Shown here: piece after piece, positions 6,953 to 16,698 of the stretch
Numbering within the stretch: the first letter of the stretch is position 1
How the letters are laid out: every line of letters starts with the position of its first letter
Virus record (IMG/VR): IMGVR_UViG_2974579171_000001
Location: 1-64,000 of that record
Source of the DNA: a virus
Lineage: Duplodnaviria > Heunggongvirae > Uroviricota > Caudoviricetes > Demerecviridae
DNA: 64,000 bases
Direction: 5' to 3' (one strand)
Program-made: the position numbers and the translations under genes
Notes under the pieces: model-generated
What the model saw: the letters and a program-made list of their open reading frames with translations, nothing else
What the model was told of the DNA's origin: nothing
The model's database searches: none

Positions 6953-9713
6953 GTTCGGACATTACTTCTTCTGCCATGGCCCTCTCTTCCTCTGTCATGA
7001 ATTTTAGGGGGATTGGCATACACTCGATTTTACAATAGGTTCTGTACCAGTCTACAATATTTTCAGTGTTCATATCCTTACCAATACCCATCATACCAAG
7101 ATACATTCTGGCATATTTTGGGTTAGCACTCTGACCTGTTTTAAGGAAGAAGTCTTTCTTCTTACCTTTCAGAGCTTCTATGAATGGTTTGATAGTGATA
7201 TTTGAACACTTCTTAATATCTTCCCAGAACATCTCGTGCATTTTATGGAAGAATGCCGCTCGATCATTCGGTTTATCCTTGATATACTGTTCAACATGCT
7301 CAACTGTTACATCTTTAATAGACTCAAGATGATAATAGCGAACAAGAAGTAGTTTAGCTTCATACGCATCTGCATGGCGTGGAGCACAATAATCAGGAGT
7401 TGAATACAAAATGGCTTTGATTCGCTCTTCCGTATACTCTTTTCCTGCACCTTCGATAGTTCCCCAGCTTTCACTGAAAATATCAATAGTTGCACCCTGA
7501 TCAAGCAAGTAATAACGTAAAGTACTAGTATAGTTCCTAGACTCCAGCTCTCTACGACGTGCGTATAATTGCTGTGCTAACTCCAGCCAACCTTCATCAA
7601 TGTTGTATTGTTCAGAACCTGCGGAGAATCCACTCGTAGATTTATCAATAAAATAATAAATGTTCTGAGCGCCACGGTCGCGCCTGATTGCTTGGAAACG
7701 CATGTTTGGCGCTTGGTTGCTGGTTCTAGTAATAACGAATACGTTATCAAAGTAGTTGAAGTCAACGCCACTGGTTACGGATGGACTACATAATAAGCAA
7801 TCAATTTGTTGGTCAATTAGCTCATTAGTTGTGTAATCCAGAATACGTCGAATATCTACATCAGACGTAGAATTTGAGTGGATTTCCTTAACTAACGCAC
7901 CCGTATTACGACGCAACGCCATGCCCTTCTCATTCAGTTCATCCGGCCCACAGTCAGATACTAGGATAGATTTCTCACCCATCTCTAGAGAAGTCTGAAG
8001 TGCAACCCAAATACTGGATTCATCCGGGAACTCATAAGCATGAGCTTTTGACAGCATCTTACGGTGATGGTTGTAAAATGCAACCGGTTTATCAAAATCA
8101 ATTAGAGAACCGTAGGCTTCAATCGTCTCAGCACTAATATCACCATCAGATAAGATTACAGTTTTAGCTGTCATGAGGATGTCACGTAGAACTTGAATAC
8201 ATTCGCGACGTTGTTTAACAACGGGGGCGAATAATAGATCATTCATTACAGCGTCACATTCATCAATAAAAATGGTGTCTATTTGACCAATAAAACTCTT
8301 GAACTTATGCAAAGAGTGAATAGTTGTGGACATACGGTCAATAGCGCCACGCTTAAAATTAAGCATATCTACAGACTTATCATATTGTCCTGCACTAAAT
8401 TTCTTAGCATTTGAAGATACCAGCGCTCTAGTATTTGTAACTGCTAAAAAGTTGCCAGGAAGAACACCTGCGTCCAGCCATTTAGTTACTGCCGTAGTTT
8501 TACCAGTACCAAGACTTGCCTTAACAAATGTTATATGGCCTTTTGGGGGCACAATGTTAATCTTCAGGTATGGAACTTCTGGTGGAGAATCCACTTCTAA
8601 TTTCTTGAGTGGAACACCTTTCAGATTTAATGGAATCTCACGTTTAGAATTATTAACAAACGCTTTGAGAGCCTGCTTACGACCGTTATTAAAGTAATCT
8701 TGAATATTACGACTGTTATCTTTAGTTGCAATATATTCAGATAAAGCGGGTTTAATCTCACGTTCTAGCCATGCGAAATCAACACCATCCTCTAATGCTC
8801 TATGGTATAGTTTGGGGATAATACGCAAGTACACCCCATCCTCAGCTTCTTCCAATTCGCTGATGGTTTCTTCTACTTTATCAGAAGCAATCTTTTTGCC
8901 TTTAATTTGGTCAAGTAAAGAATAAAACTCCTCCTTAAACTCCCCTCTAGTTGTTTCATAGTCAACCAGATTATTAGGCAAATTTACCTTCGAACCTTTA
9001 ACATACACCAGACGTGGCTTACTCTCCGCTTTAAACGGATCAACAATACCATCGCTAAATAAAGGGTCGGCAAAATAGTGAAGCTGGACAGATGAATAAT
9101 AAGCTAAGTCGGCAATATCAAAACCGAATTTTTGCTTACTACTATCATTGATAGACGTAAATAAGAACTTTAACTGACCTTGAGTTACCTTGACGTTAGA
9201 TTCTAGCATTAAGTGCATTCGGATACCTGGTTTTAGGCCAGCCGAAGACGATGCATGAGCAATAAACCCTGCATCAAGAGGAAACATGTCCTCACTAATA
9301 CTATTCAACATCTTAATAATGTGGCGGGCCATACCTACAAGATTAAACTTGTCGTACCCACCGGTATCTAGGATACCATCCACGTCCATAGCAATAATAT
9401 TGCTAGGGTTGGATACATTAAAGTTACCTTTCTTACGTCGCACGTTATTTTTAGGTGCAAGACATCGACCTCGTACCGCAACGATATGAGGGTCAGACGT
9501 TAAACGTCTCATAAGTGGTAACATTTCGGCAAGGCTTTGCGGGTCATGCTCTTCTATTACATCAAATTTGAAGGGCATAGAAGCTGGTTTACCTTCTGGA
9601 TGCTCTTTAGAGAATCGCTTGGCAAAGGTATAATCTTCCGCTTTGATTTCTCGCCAAATACCTGTTGCTAAATCACGAGAAAATCCGGCGTGACCTTGAA
9701 GAATAGAAAACAC
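6927..9713 (-). CDS. putative replication origin-binding protein / SF2 helicase
   Basis: 928 aa. Walker A motif ASLGTGKTTAV in the central region. Large early replication protein preceded by a 600-bp noncoding region. Confidence 0.55.
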   Translation of the reverse strand: MFSILQGHAGFSRDLATGIWREIKAEDYTFAKRFSKEHPEGKPASMPFKFDVIEEHDPQSLAEMLPLMRRLTSDPHIVAVRGRCLAPKNNVRRKKGNFNVSNPSNIIAMDVDGILDTGGYDKFNLVGMARHIIKMLNSISEDMFPLDAGFIAHASSSAGLKPGIRMHLMLESNVKVTQGQLKFLFTSINDSSKQKFGFDIADLAYYSSVQLHYFADPLFSDGIVDPFKAESKPRLVYVKGSKVNLPNNLVDYETTRGEFKEEFYSLLDQIKGKKIASDKVEETISELEEAEDGVYLRIIPKLYHRALEDGVDFAWLEREIKPALSEYIATKDNSRNIQDYFNNGRKQALKAFVNNSKREIPLNLKGVPLKKLEVDSPPEVPYLKINIVPPKGHITFVKASLGTGKTTAVTKWLDAGVLPGNFLAVTNTRALVSSNAKKFSAGQYDKSVDMLNFKRGAIDRMSTTIHSLHKFKSFIGQIDTIFIDECDAVMNDLLFAPVVKQRRECIQVLRDILMTAKTVILSDGDISAETIEAYGSLIDFDKPVAFYNHHRKMLSKAHAYEFPDESSIWVALQTSLEMGEKSILVSDCGPDELNEKGMALRRNTGALVKEIHSNSTSDVDIRRILDYTTNELIDQQIDCLLCSPSVTSGVDFNYFDNVFVITRTSNQAPNMRFQAIRRDRGAQNIYYFIDKSTSGFSAGSEQYNIDEGWLELAQQLYARRRELESRNYTSTLRYYLLDQGATIDIFSESWGTIEGAGKEYTEERIKAILYSTPDYCAPRHADAYEAKLLLVRYYHLESIKDVTVEHVEQYIKDKPNDRAAFFHKMHEMFWEDIKKCSNITIKPFIEALKGKKKDFFLKTGQSANPKYARMYLGMMGIGKDMNTENIVDWYRTYCKIECMPIPLKFMTEEERAMAEEVMSELGATNEDT

Positions 9714-10331
9714 AACAATACTCCTGTGTTGGTTAATCGAAAATCTTTTCTTTAGGACTATTCAGAAAGAATAGAACAACTATTACTACTATTTACGTAA
9801 ACATCAATTATCATCAAACAATATGAATAAGTTATCATATCTCAGTGCTGTGCTCTCTTCGCTCATATACAGAATAGAACCTAGGTCATTGGCCGCTAAG
9901 CCGATTCTATTTGTCCTCACTATCCTATTGGTAGGTGACTACTGTACGTGCCGCCATTCGCTGCTCTTTTCGTTCGCACCCCCATATAAAGCTCTGCCTA
10001 TATAACGAGCTAAATATGCACGGTTTGGATTTACCTTTCCGAATTCAGGGTACACAGATCACTTAATTGAAGATTAACTAATGCAATATAAACACTAGTA
10101 ATAGTTAAAACAACCCTTAATGGGGCAGCCTAACTGTTCCGTATCGCGGATTGTAAACAAGAAAAATTAGCAAAATCAATTTTTACTAATGTCTCTCAAT
10201 TCAATATAAATATTATATCAAGATTTTGGGCATCCTGCAAGTAAAATTTTCCGGATGGTGCTATCATTGGTCTTGAGTACGTATAAAACCGAGCCAAAAT
10301 GACTCGGTAATCAGAGTTCAGCTAATAAAAA

Positions 10332-10724
10332 TCATTCATCATTTAGGCCTGGAACATAAATCCCAACACGATTTAATTGTTCTTTAGCTTCTGCGAGAAT
10401 ATCTGGAGTGTACTCCCAAATATCATCTTCCACCTGTAAAAGATGGGGCGAACAACCATCATCCGGCACACGACATATGGCCAAACCACGTGGATGGAAT
10501 ATAGAGAAGTTTAGGGCAACAATTAAACCCATAGCGGACAATTCATTCCAGTCCATCTCCCATTCCCCGGCATATCCAGATAGGAAAACGCCAATGCAGG
10601 GGTCATCTATTTGCTGCTCTGGAAAAGTGAAGGAGGCTTGTCTTACCCCCAACCAACGTTGTAGCAGCTTCTCCGCACGTTTCACCAAACTAGGATCAAT
10701 CTGACGCCAATATACTTGTTCCAT
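10332..10724 (-). CDS. hypothetical protein (paralog pair, member A)
   Basis: 130 aa. Shares ...PCIG...W.E.D.MGL..ALN...F.P...IPGL pattern with the next ORF. Confidence 0.5.
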   Translation of the reverse strand: MEQVYWRQIDPSLVKRAEKLLQRWLGVRQASFTFPEQQIDDPCIGVFLSGYAGEWEMDWNELSAMGLIVALNFSIFHPRGLAICRVPDDGCSPHLLQVEDDIWEYTPDILAEAKEQLNRVGIYVPGLNDE

Positions 10725-10733
10725 TCTGCCTCC

Positions 10734-11162
10734 TTAAGCAGTTAAACCTGGGATCATATACCCGAAACGGCAAAGTTTTTGGATACCCTCATTTACTTCT
10801 TCCGGTGAGTAAGACCAACCGTAACGTTCATTAACCTGAAAACCAGGAGATTCACTAGTTTTATAGTTAACAACGAGGCGATGCTTAGCAGGCATAAACA
10901 GCTTATAGTTTAACGCAAAAACTAAGCCCATTTCATCTAACTCTTTCCAGCCGACAATCTCTTCAAGACCATCCTCTACCTGAACAATTAAACCAATACA
11001 GGGAGCCTCATCAATATCGTCTTTAAAGGCAAAGGAGATTTCGTTATTCTCACACCATATTTTCAAAGAGTTAATAGCCTCATTATACAGGCTAGAGGGG
11101 AGAGTACGCCAAAAGTTAACTAAAATTGGGTTAGCTTCTTTAGAGAAGACATTATTGAACAT
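10734..11162 (-). CDS. hypothetical protein (paralog pair, member B)
   Basis: 142 aa. Tandem paralog of 10332-10724. Confidence 0.5.
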   Translation of the reverse strand: MFNNVFSKEANPILVNFWRTLPSSLYNEAINSLKIWCENNEISFAFKDDIDEAPCIGLIVQVEDGLEEIVGWKELDEMGLVFALNYKLFMPAKHRLVVNYKTSESPGFQVNERYGWSYSPEEVNEGIQKLCRFGYMIPGLTA

Positions 11163-11164
11163 AT

Positions 11165-11671
11165 TTACACCTTAAATTGTTGTAAGGATTTACACATTTC
11201 AAGATCTGGGCTAAATTCTAGCATATAGCTAACAGCCATTAAATCTTGAAGATTTATTCCAGTTCTACCGTTGACTATAACCGTTGGATACTGATACATC
11301 ATAGCACCCGCATCATCAAGTACACACCAATGTTTGAGCTTATGCTTTTCAACGAAGCGAAGAACAGAATTACCCCTAGATAATCCACCCCCAGTAAAAT
11401 CCGTTGTACCAAGAAAACGATCGATAAGACCTAATCCGGTCATAATCCGAACGTTCTCCATCTCATTTCTAACAGAGAACCAAGATGATACTCCAACAAT
11501 CATTATCGGAGAAGGACGAATAAAGTCCTGAAAAGCCTTGAGAAGCGGTTTGAAAACCCAGTCACTTCCAAAGAAAATCTTTTCATCATCAGGTGCATGA
11601 TGGTGGGAGATGCTCGAATTGAGCACTCCATCAATGTCCAGAAAAATAATTGGAGTATTACTTATTTCCAT
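11165..11671 (-). CDS. HAD-superfamily hydrolase/phosphatase-like protein
   Basis: 168 aa. N-terminal FLDIDGVL (HAD motif I, DxDG). Confidence 0.5.
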   Translation of the reverse strand: MEISNTPIIFLDIDGVLNSSISHHHAPDDEKIFFGSDWVFKPLLKAFQDFIRPSPIMIVGVSSWFSVRNEMENVRIMTGLGLIDRFLGTTDFTGGGLSRGNSVLRFVEKHKLKHWCVLDDAGAMMYQYPTVIVNGRTGINLQDLMAVSYMLEFSPDLEMCKSLQQFKV

Positions 11672-11867
11672 TTTTGTTCCTTTCTAAGAACGTATCATAC
11701 TCAACCGTATCAACATATATAACACCATAGTCATCGGATTTATAGTCCATTTCCCACAGCTCACAGCGATAGCACCAACTACCGTCCGCCCATACAAATA
11801 TATCATCAGGATGTGTATACACAGGTTTAACTATGGACATATCTGTTTCCCTTGCTTCTCGACACAT
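11658..11867 (-). CDS. hypothetical small protein
   Basis: 69-aa ORF overlapping its neighbours by a few codons. Confidence 0.3.
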   Translation of the reverse strand: MCREARETDMSIVKPVYTHPDDIFVWADGSWCYRCELWEMDYKSDDYGVIYVDTVEYDTFLERNKNGNK

Positions 11868-12663
11868 AAGGTCTACCCTCTAAATGAGCTTCTACACGAG
11901 CAATAAAATCAGGATCACTGAAAGCATCTACCGCACCTTTACTCCAGTAAGGGATACCACGTTCTTCTAGCTGGTACATCTCACTACGAGTCATACCTTG
12001 ATAGCCCGGTTCCGCTGCGAGGGCACTATCATAGTAGTTAACAACCATAAGTTTCGCAGCAGTCAAATTAAGAACAGGAAATAATTCCCAGTAGAAGTTA
12101 ATTACTTGGTTAGAGCAACCAACCACAATGATCATATCTTGACTGGTAATACCATCAAAAACGTTATACATTTCTGCGTATGCAGGAGCATGCTCTCCAA
12201 AGAAGATTACATTAGGTTTAACCCATTTATAATCATCTGGATCAATAGAATTGTATCCTACATCAATAATCCGTTTATTGCTACTATTGTAGCTATCAGC
12301 TACAACAACCTCTTTTAAATATCCGTGAATGTGCAGAATGTCACTATGTGAAACGCCAGCACGCTCAATAAGGTCATCAACGTTGGTAGTCAAGTTTACT
12401 ACTTGACCTGGATATTGTTTATACCATTCACCAATACGCAAATGCGCAAGATTGGGTTCAACAGTTTTTAGCTCTTCACGACGCTTGTTGTAAAACATAT
12501 GGGTTTTATGATAAAAATTACCACGAAAGGCATGAATATTACATACTTCTTCTAGATCATAATCATCCCACAATGCTTTACCACTAGCAGTATCGGTACG
12601 AAAAGCTCGTACACCACTTTCAACACTCAAACCTGCACCGCTAATAATAATTAATCTACGCAC
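11827..12663 (-). CDS. Sir2-family NAD-dependent deacetylase/NADase-like protein
   Basis: 278 aa. GAGLSVESGVRAFR matches the sirtuin GAGIS.ESGIPTFR NAD-binding motif. Confidence 0.7.
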   Translation of the reverse strand: MRRLIIISGAGLSVESGVRAFRTDTASGKALWDDYDLEEVCNIHAFRGNFYHKTHMFYNKRREELKTVEPNLAHLRIGEWYKQYPGQVVNLTTNVDDLIERAGVSHSDILHIHGYLKEVVVADSYNSSNKRIIDVGYNSIDPDDYKWVKPNVIFFGEHAPAYAEMYNVFDGITSQDMIIVVGCSNQVINFYWELFPVLNLTAAKLMVVNYYDSALAAEPGYQGMTRSEMYQLEERGIPYWSKGAVDAFSDPDFIARVEAHLEGRPYVSRSKGNRYVHS

Positions 12664-12759
12664 TATACGATTCCTCGCTTAAATCCTTCGATAATAATTC
12701 GGAGTAAAATTGCTTCCTCCGGGCGTACCTTTTCTTGCTTAATAAGCGTGTTTTCTAGA

Positions 12760-12963
12760 TTACTTTTTAGATTCTGATTCAAGAAGTCCATAAAGTTTCT
12801 CCTCTAGTTCCATAACACGATTTTCATAAGAGGCACGTAACTTTTCAATTGCCAGCGCACGCACTGTAACCTCATTAGAATTAATAGCTAATTGGGCCAG
12901 GTCTTCTGTTTCCATACGTCCGTTGTAAATTAAGCGATATTTAAGATGTTTTACGTTTTTCAT
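12760..12963 (-). CDS. hypothetical protein
   Basis: 67-aa ORF. Confidence 0.35.
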   Translation of the reverse strand: MKNVKHLKYRLIYNGRMETEDLAQLAINSNEVTVRALAIEKLRASYENRVMELEEKLYGLLESESKK

Positions 12964-12972
12964 TCTTGTTCC

Positions 12973-13254
12973 TTAGTTCTGTACTGTAAATTCATTCTTA
13001 TCACAGTGAGCATAATAATACCCATACATACAATAAATTTTCACAGCCTTAGTAGACCCCTTCGATTCTTCATAATCAATCCAGAGCCACTTGTCTTTAC
13101 CTACATAATGTACCCGAAACTTCTTAACTTTCTTATCATTCCATGTTGCGACAACACGACGATAATCAAATCCGCCCAACCAATCTAGAGCCTTACGTTC
13201 TTCACTAGGCTCTCCAAGATGGGAGACATCTACTTTAGGAAGCAATTCGCTCAT
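12973..13254 (-). CDS. hypothetical protein
   Basis: 93-aa ORF. T5-type promoter at 13270-13310. Confidence 0.45.
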   Translation of the reverse strand: MSELLPKVDVSHLGEPSEERKALDWLGGFDYRRVVATWNDKKVKKFRVHYVGKDKWLWIDYEESKGSTKAVKIYCMYGYYYAHCDKNEFTVQN

Positions 13255-13353
13255 AGCTTTCTCCTCTCAAATTTATAAATCTATTATATATAAATTTTTG
13301 GCTGAAAGCAAATAAAATAAAAGCCAGGTCGACTAGCAACCCGGCTGATTAGC

Positions 13354-15228
13354 TTATTTAGCTCGAATATCCTGATGTTTAACTCTGCCCATCACCTCGT
13401 GCTGTTTGCCAGGGTTAAATGGACGAGCACCCGGATTTCCAAGATACCCACAAACTCGACGAGTTACTTCAAGAGTTTCGGGGTCATGATTACCACAGAT
13501 AGGGCACTTAAACCCATCTTCGGATGCTATTGTTTCACCTAAGAATCCACATTTACCACAAGAATCCACTGGAGTATTAATACCGAAGTAATGAACCTTA
13601 CTAGCAGCATAATTAATAACCCATTCCAGTGCATCTGGGAATCGTTTCATATCTGGTAGTTCTACATAGGAAATGCACCCACCAGAAGCAATAGGAGTAA
13701 AGTTAGATTCATAATCAAATTTGACGTTAGGAGCAACTTTACGTTCCACATCAAGATGGTGAGAGTTAGTATAGTATCCTTTGGACAGAATATCTTCATG
13801 CTCCGGGAAATATTCACGGTCTAGACGACAAAAACGGTCACATAGGGATTCTGATGGTGTAGCATACAGGCTATAACCTAACTTAGTTTCTTCCTTCTTC
13901 TGATCGACTCTATCTCGCATGTACTGCAATACATGCTGAACAAACTTGATGCAGGTCTCGGACATTGTATCTACGTCTTTGCCAAACATGAACTGTAGCA
14001 TTTCATGGCAGCCAATATACCCCAGAGATACAGAAGCACGGTTATAGAAATGATCGAATACATACTCATCAGGCCCTAAGCGTAATCCAAAGGCTCCTGA
14101 CATATAGAGGATGGGTGCGGCTTTAGCTTGAATGTATTTTAAACGATCAACTCTCCATTCCAATGCTTTTAACGCTGTATCCACACGTAGCTCAAGCAAA
14201 TCAAAGAATAGGTCAATATTTCCTTCAGCTTCGATAGCAATTCTAGGCAAGTTTACAGAAACAACACCTAAGTTATTACGACCGGCAGTTTCACCATCTT
14301 CTGTAGCAGCTAGGAATGAACGGCAGCCCATAGAAACTTTGTAGTCTCCAGTAACTTCTACAACTTTGTCATAGCTGATATAATCTGGATACATACGTTC
14401 AGCAGTACATTTCATAGCTAACTTCTTGATATCATAATTAACATCTCCTGGTTTCATGTTAACACCATCACGAAGTACAAATACCAGTTTCGGGAAGATA
14501 GCTGTACGTTTATTGATACCTAAACCATCCATGCGTACTTTCAGTATTGCTTTCTGTACTAGACGTGCTTCCCAAGAAGTTCCTAGACCAAAACCAAAGG
14601 TAATAAATGGACTCTGACCATTAGAGTTGAACATGGTATTGATTTCATATTCTAAACCCTGACAAGCGTCATAGACTTCTTTTTCAGTCATCTCCGTAGC
14701 CATTACCGATGCTTTGGCTTCATCCTTAGTCCAACGTTTTGCAAACGCATGATTTTTGTCATAGGATTTACGAACATAAGGGGCTAATACTTCATCAAGG
14801 CGATCTACAGAAGTACCACCATACTGATGGGAGCTAACTTGAGTGATAATCTGAGCAGTAATAGCTGCCGCAGTAGTGATAGAGTTTGGAGTGCTAATTT
14901 CAGCATTACCAACCTTCATACCATTCTTCAACATATCTTCCAGAGCTACTAGACAACAGTTAGTCATGCCTAATGCAGCATAATCAGCATCATGGAAATG
15001 AATATCTCCAATCATATGAGCATTTCTAATCTGAATCGGCATTTCTTCTAGAATTAGATACTTACTCAATTCACCTGCAAGCATATCCCTTTGTGTAGGG
15101 AAACGTTCTGAGGGTTTATTAGCATTATTAAACAGCAGCTCTTCATCTGCTGACCCTTCGATAATCTCTTTGCAGTTTCTAATTAACGCCTGCATTTCTT
15201 TATACTTTAGTTCTTCATTGCGATTCAT
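13354..15228 (-). CDS. nrdD: anaerobic ribonucleoside-triphosphate reductase (class III)
   Basis: 624 aa. C-terminal glycyl-radical motif RVCGYLG and Zn ribbon CGKCG...CPICG. Confidence 0.9.
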   Translation of the reverse strand: MNRNEELKYKEMQALIRNCKEIIEGSADEELLFNNANKPSERFPTQRDMLAGELSKYLILEEMPIQIRNAHMIGDIHFHDADYAALGMTNCCLVALEDMLKNGMKVGNAEISTPNSITTAAAITAQIITQVSSHQYGGTSVDRLDEVLAPYVRKSYDKNHAFAKRWTKDEAKASVMATEMTEKEVYDACQGLEYEINTMFNSNGQSPFITFGFGLGTSWEARLVQKAILKVRMDGLGINKRTAIFPKLVFVLRDGVNMKPGDVNYDIKKLAMKCTAERMYPDYISYDKVVEVTGDYKVSMGCRSFLAATEDGETAGRNNLGVVSVNLPRIAIEAEGNIDLFFDLLELRVDTALKALEWRVDRLKYIQAKAAPILYMSGAFGLRLGPDEYVFDHFYNRASVSLGYIGCHEMLQFMFGKDVDTMSETCIKFVQHVLQYMRDRVDQKKEETKLGYSLYATPSESLCDRFCRLDREYFPEHEDILSKGYYTNSHHLDVERKVAPNVKFDYESNFTPIASGGCISYVELPDMKRFPDALEWVINYAASKVHYFGINTPVDSCGKCGFLGETIASEDGFKCPICGNHDPETLEVTRRVCGYLGNPGARPFNPGKQHEVMGRVKHQDIRAK

Positions 15229-15478
15229 TATACTCTCCTTCTCTAACTAAGACTACTATTATAACTCATTCGAGGGCGGATGTCAACAATATTTTACTAT
15301 AAAGTTCTGTAACATGATCTGAGTCAAAAAATTTTATTTGCCAATCTCTATTAAAAATTGTATAATCACGCACTCGTGCACGCGATATAAAATGATTATC
15401 TAGTATCACACATCTCACGTTAAAAGCAAGCAAATTTTTTATTTAAATGCAATATCATAGGCTTATTTAAAATTGTAG

Positions 15479-15507
15479 TTGCTTTTTACTGTATATATTG
15501 GTATAAT
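15479..15507 (+). promoter_or_regulatory. T5-type early promoter (phoH operon)
   Basis: TTGCTT, 17-bp spacer, TATAAT, then atatttgtaagttga. A second promoter with TTGCCA, 17 bp, TATAAT lies at 15342-15370. Confidence 0.55.
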
Positions 15508-15580
15508 ATATTTGTAAGTTGATAAACAAGATCTTTTTGTTGATCCTCTGTTAGCGAAGTACACTATAGGAGTGTTATTT

Positions 15581-16333
15581 ATGGGAAAAGCACGTCAAAA
15601 AAGAGAGAACCGCAATGGTTCAAGAAAGCGTGGCAACAAATATGAGAACAACGTAATTCAGGCTGATTTTTCTAATGATTACGCTAACCCAGTTGCTAAA
15701 TCCCTAGTAGGTAAAAACCGCGAGCAAAAATCATATATCAATATGATCAAGAACAACACAGTGACTGTGGGTATCGGTGAGCCAGGTACTGGTAAAACCT
15801 TTATTCCGTCCGTTCTTGCAGCTCAGGAACTCGTAGACATTCACTCAGATATTGAGCAAGTGATTCTCGTACGTCCTAATGAACCTCTAGGTAAGTCTCT
15901 TGGTATGCTTCCTGGTGATCTAGCAGAAAAGCTAGAGCCTTGGTTGGAGCCAATAGCTGATGGTATGAAATGGGCCATCGGCGATCATGCGTATAAAGGA
16001 TATGTCGAACGTCAGAAAATTAAATTTTTGGCTGTCGAACATGCTCGTGGCAGAACTTTCAACAACTCCTATGTAATTGTCGATGAAGCTCAGAATATTT
16101 CCGTTGAGGCAATGATTTGTCTCCTAACTCGTGTAGGACAAGACTGCCGTTTAATTATCTGCGGAGATATAGCTCAGAAAGACATTAAAGGTGACTCAGG
16201 TCTAGCACTCCTTATGGAAGTCTATGAAAAATACGAAAATGCCCCATTCTCAATGATCGAATTGATTGATAACGTTCGTTCTGTTGAGTCTAAAGCATTC
16301 TATGATATTTTTAAAGACATGGGGAAGGTGTAA
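15581..16333 (+). CDS. phoH: PhoH-like ATPase
   Basis: P-loop GEPGTGKT and PhoH architecture. ATG at 15581 with a Shine-Dalgarno site. Confidence 0.85.
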   Translation: MGKARQKRENRNGSRKRGNKYENNVIQADFSNDYANPVAKSLVGKNREQKSYINMIKNNTVTVGIGEPGTGKTFIPSVLAAQELVDIHSDIEQVILVRPNEPLGKSLGMLPGDLAEKLEPWLEPIADGMKWAIGDHAYKGYVERQKIKFLAVEHARGRTFNNSYVIVDEAQNISVEAMICLLTRVGQDCRLIICGDIAQKDIKGDSGLALLMEVYEKYENAPFSMIELIDNVRSVESKAFYDIFKDMGKV

Positions 16334-16334
16334 T

Positions 16335-16556
16335 ATGGGAAACGTCGTTCATCTGAGCCGTAAAACTAAAATACATCGTACTTCACTGAGTGCTGCTAAT
16401 ATTATTACACGTAAGGAAGGGGAAGAAAGTCCTAAGACAACCCTAGCGTGGAAAATTGTAACCTCAAATCCAAATAAACCATTCAATTATAACGAGCTGA
16501 GCACCTCCATAGATATTCTATTAAAAGAAGTAGCTAGAGCTAAAGTAATTGAATAA
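16335..16556 (+). CDS. hypothetical protein
   Basis: ATG 16335 follows GGAAGG. 73 aa. Followed by a terminator. Confidence 0.4.
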   Translation: MGNVVHLSRKTKIHRTSLSAANIITRKEGEESPKTTLAWKIVTSNPNKPFNYNELSTSIDILLKEVARAKVIE

Positions 16557-16583
16557 GCTAAAAAGCTAGACTGGTAATATACA

Positions 16584-16616
16584 GGGCCTGGGTATGAAAA
16601 TACTCGGGCCTTTTCT
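16584..16616 (+). terminator. rho-independent terminator
   Basis: GGCCTGGGTA...TACTCGGGCC stem (with G-U pairs) followed by TTTTCT. Confidence 0.45.
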
Positions 16617-16698
16617 ATCAGAAAATTTTATTTGCCTAATGACCGATAATAAAGTAGAATATTCCTTAAATCCTGATAACTATAAAAAGGAAAGCCAA

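Noticed and set aside
15229-15571. NrdR-box-like palindrome (CGTGCACG) in the divergent nrdD/phoH control region
   Set aside because: It is only an 8-bp palindrome. It lacks the 16-bp NrdR box consensus and tandem arrangement, and is likely coincidental.
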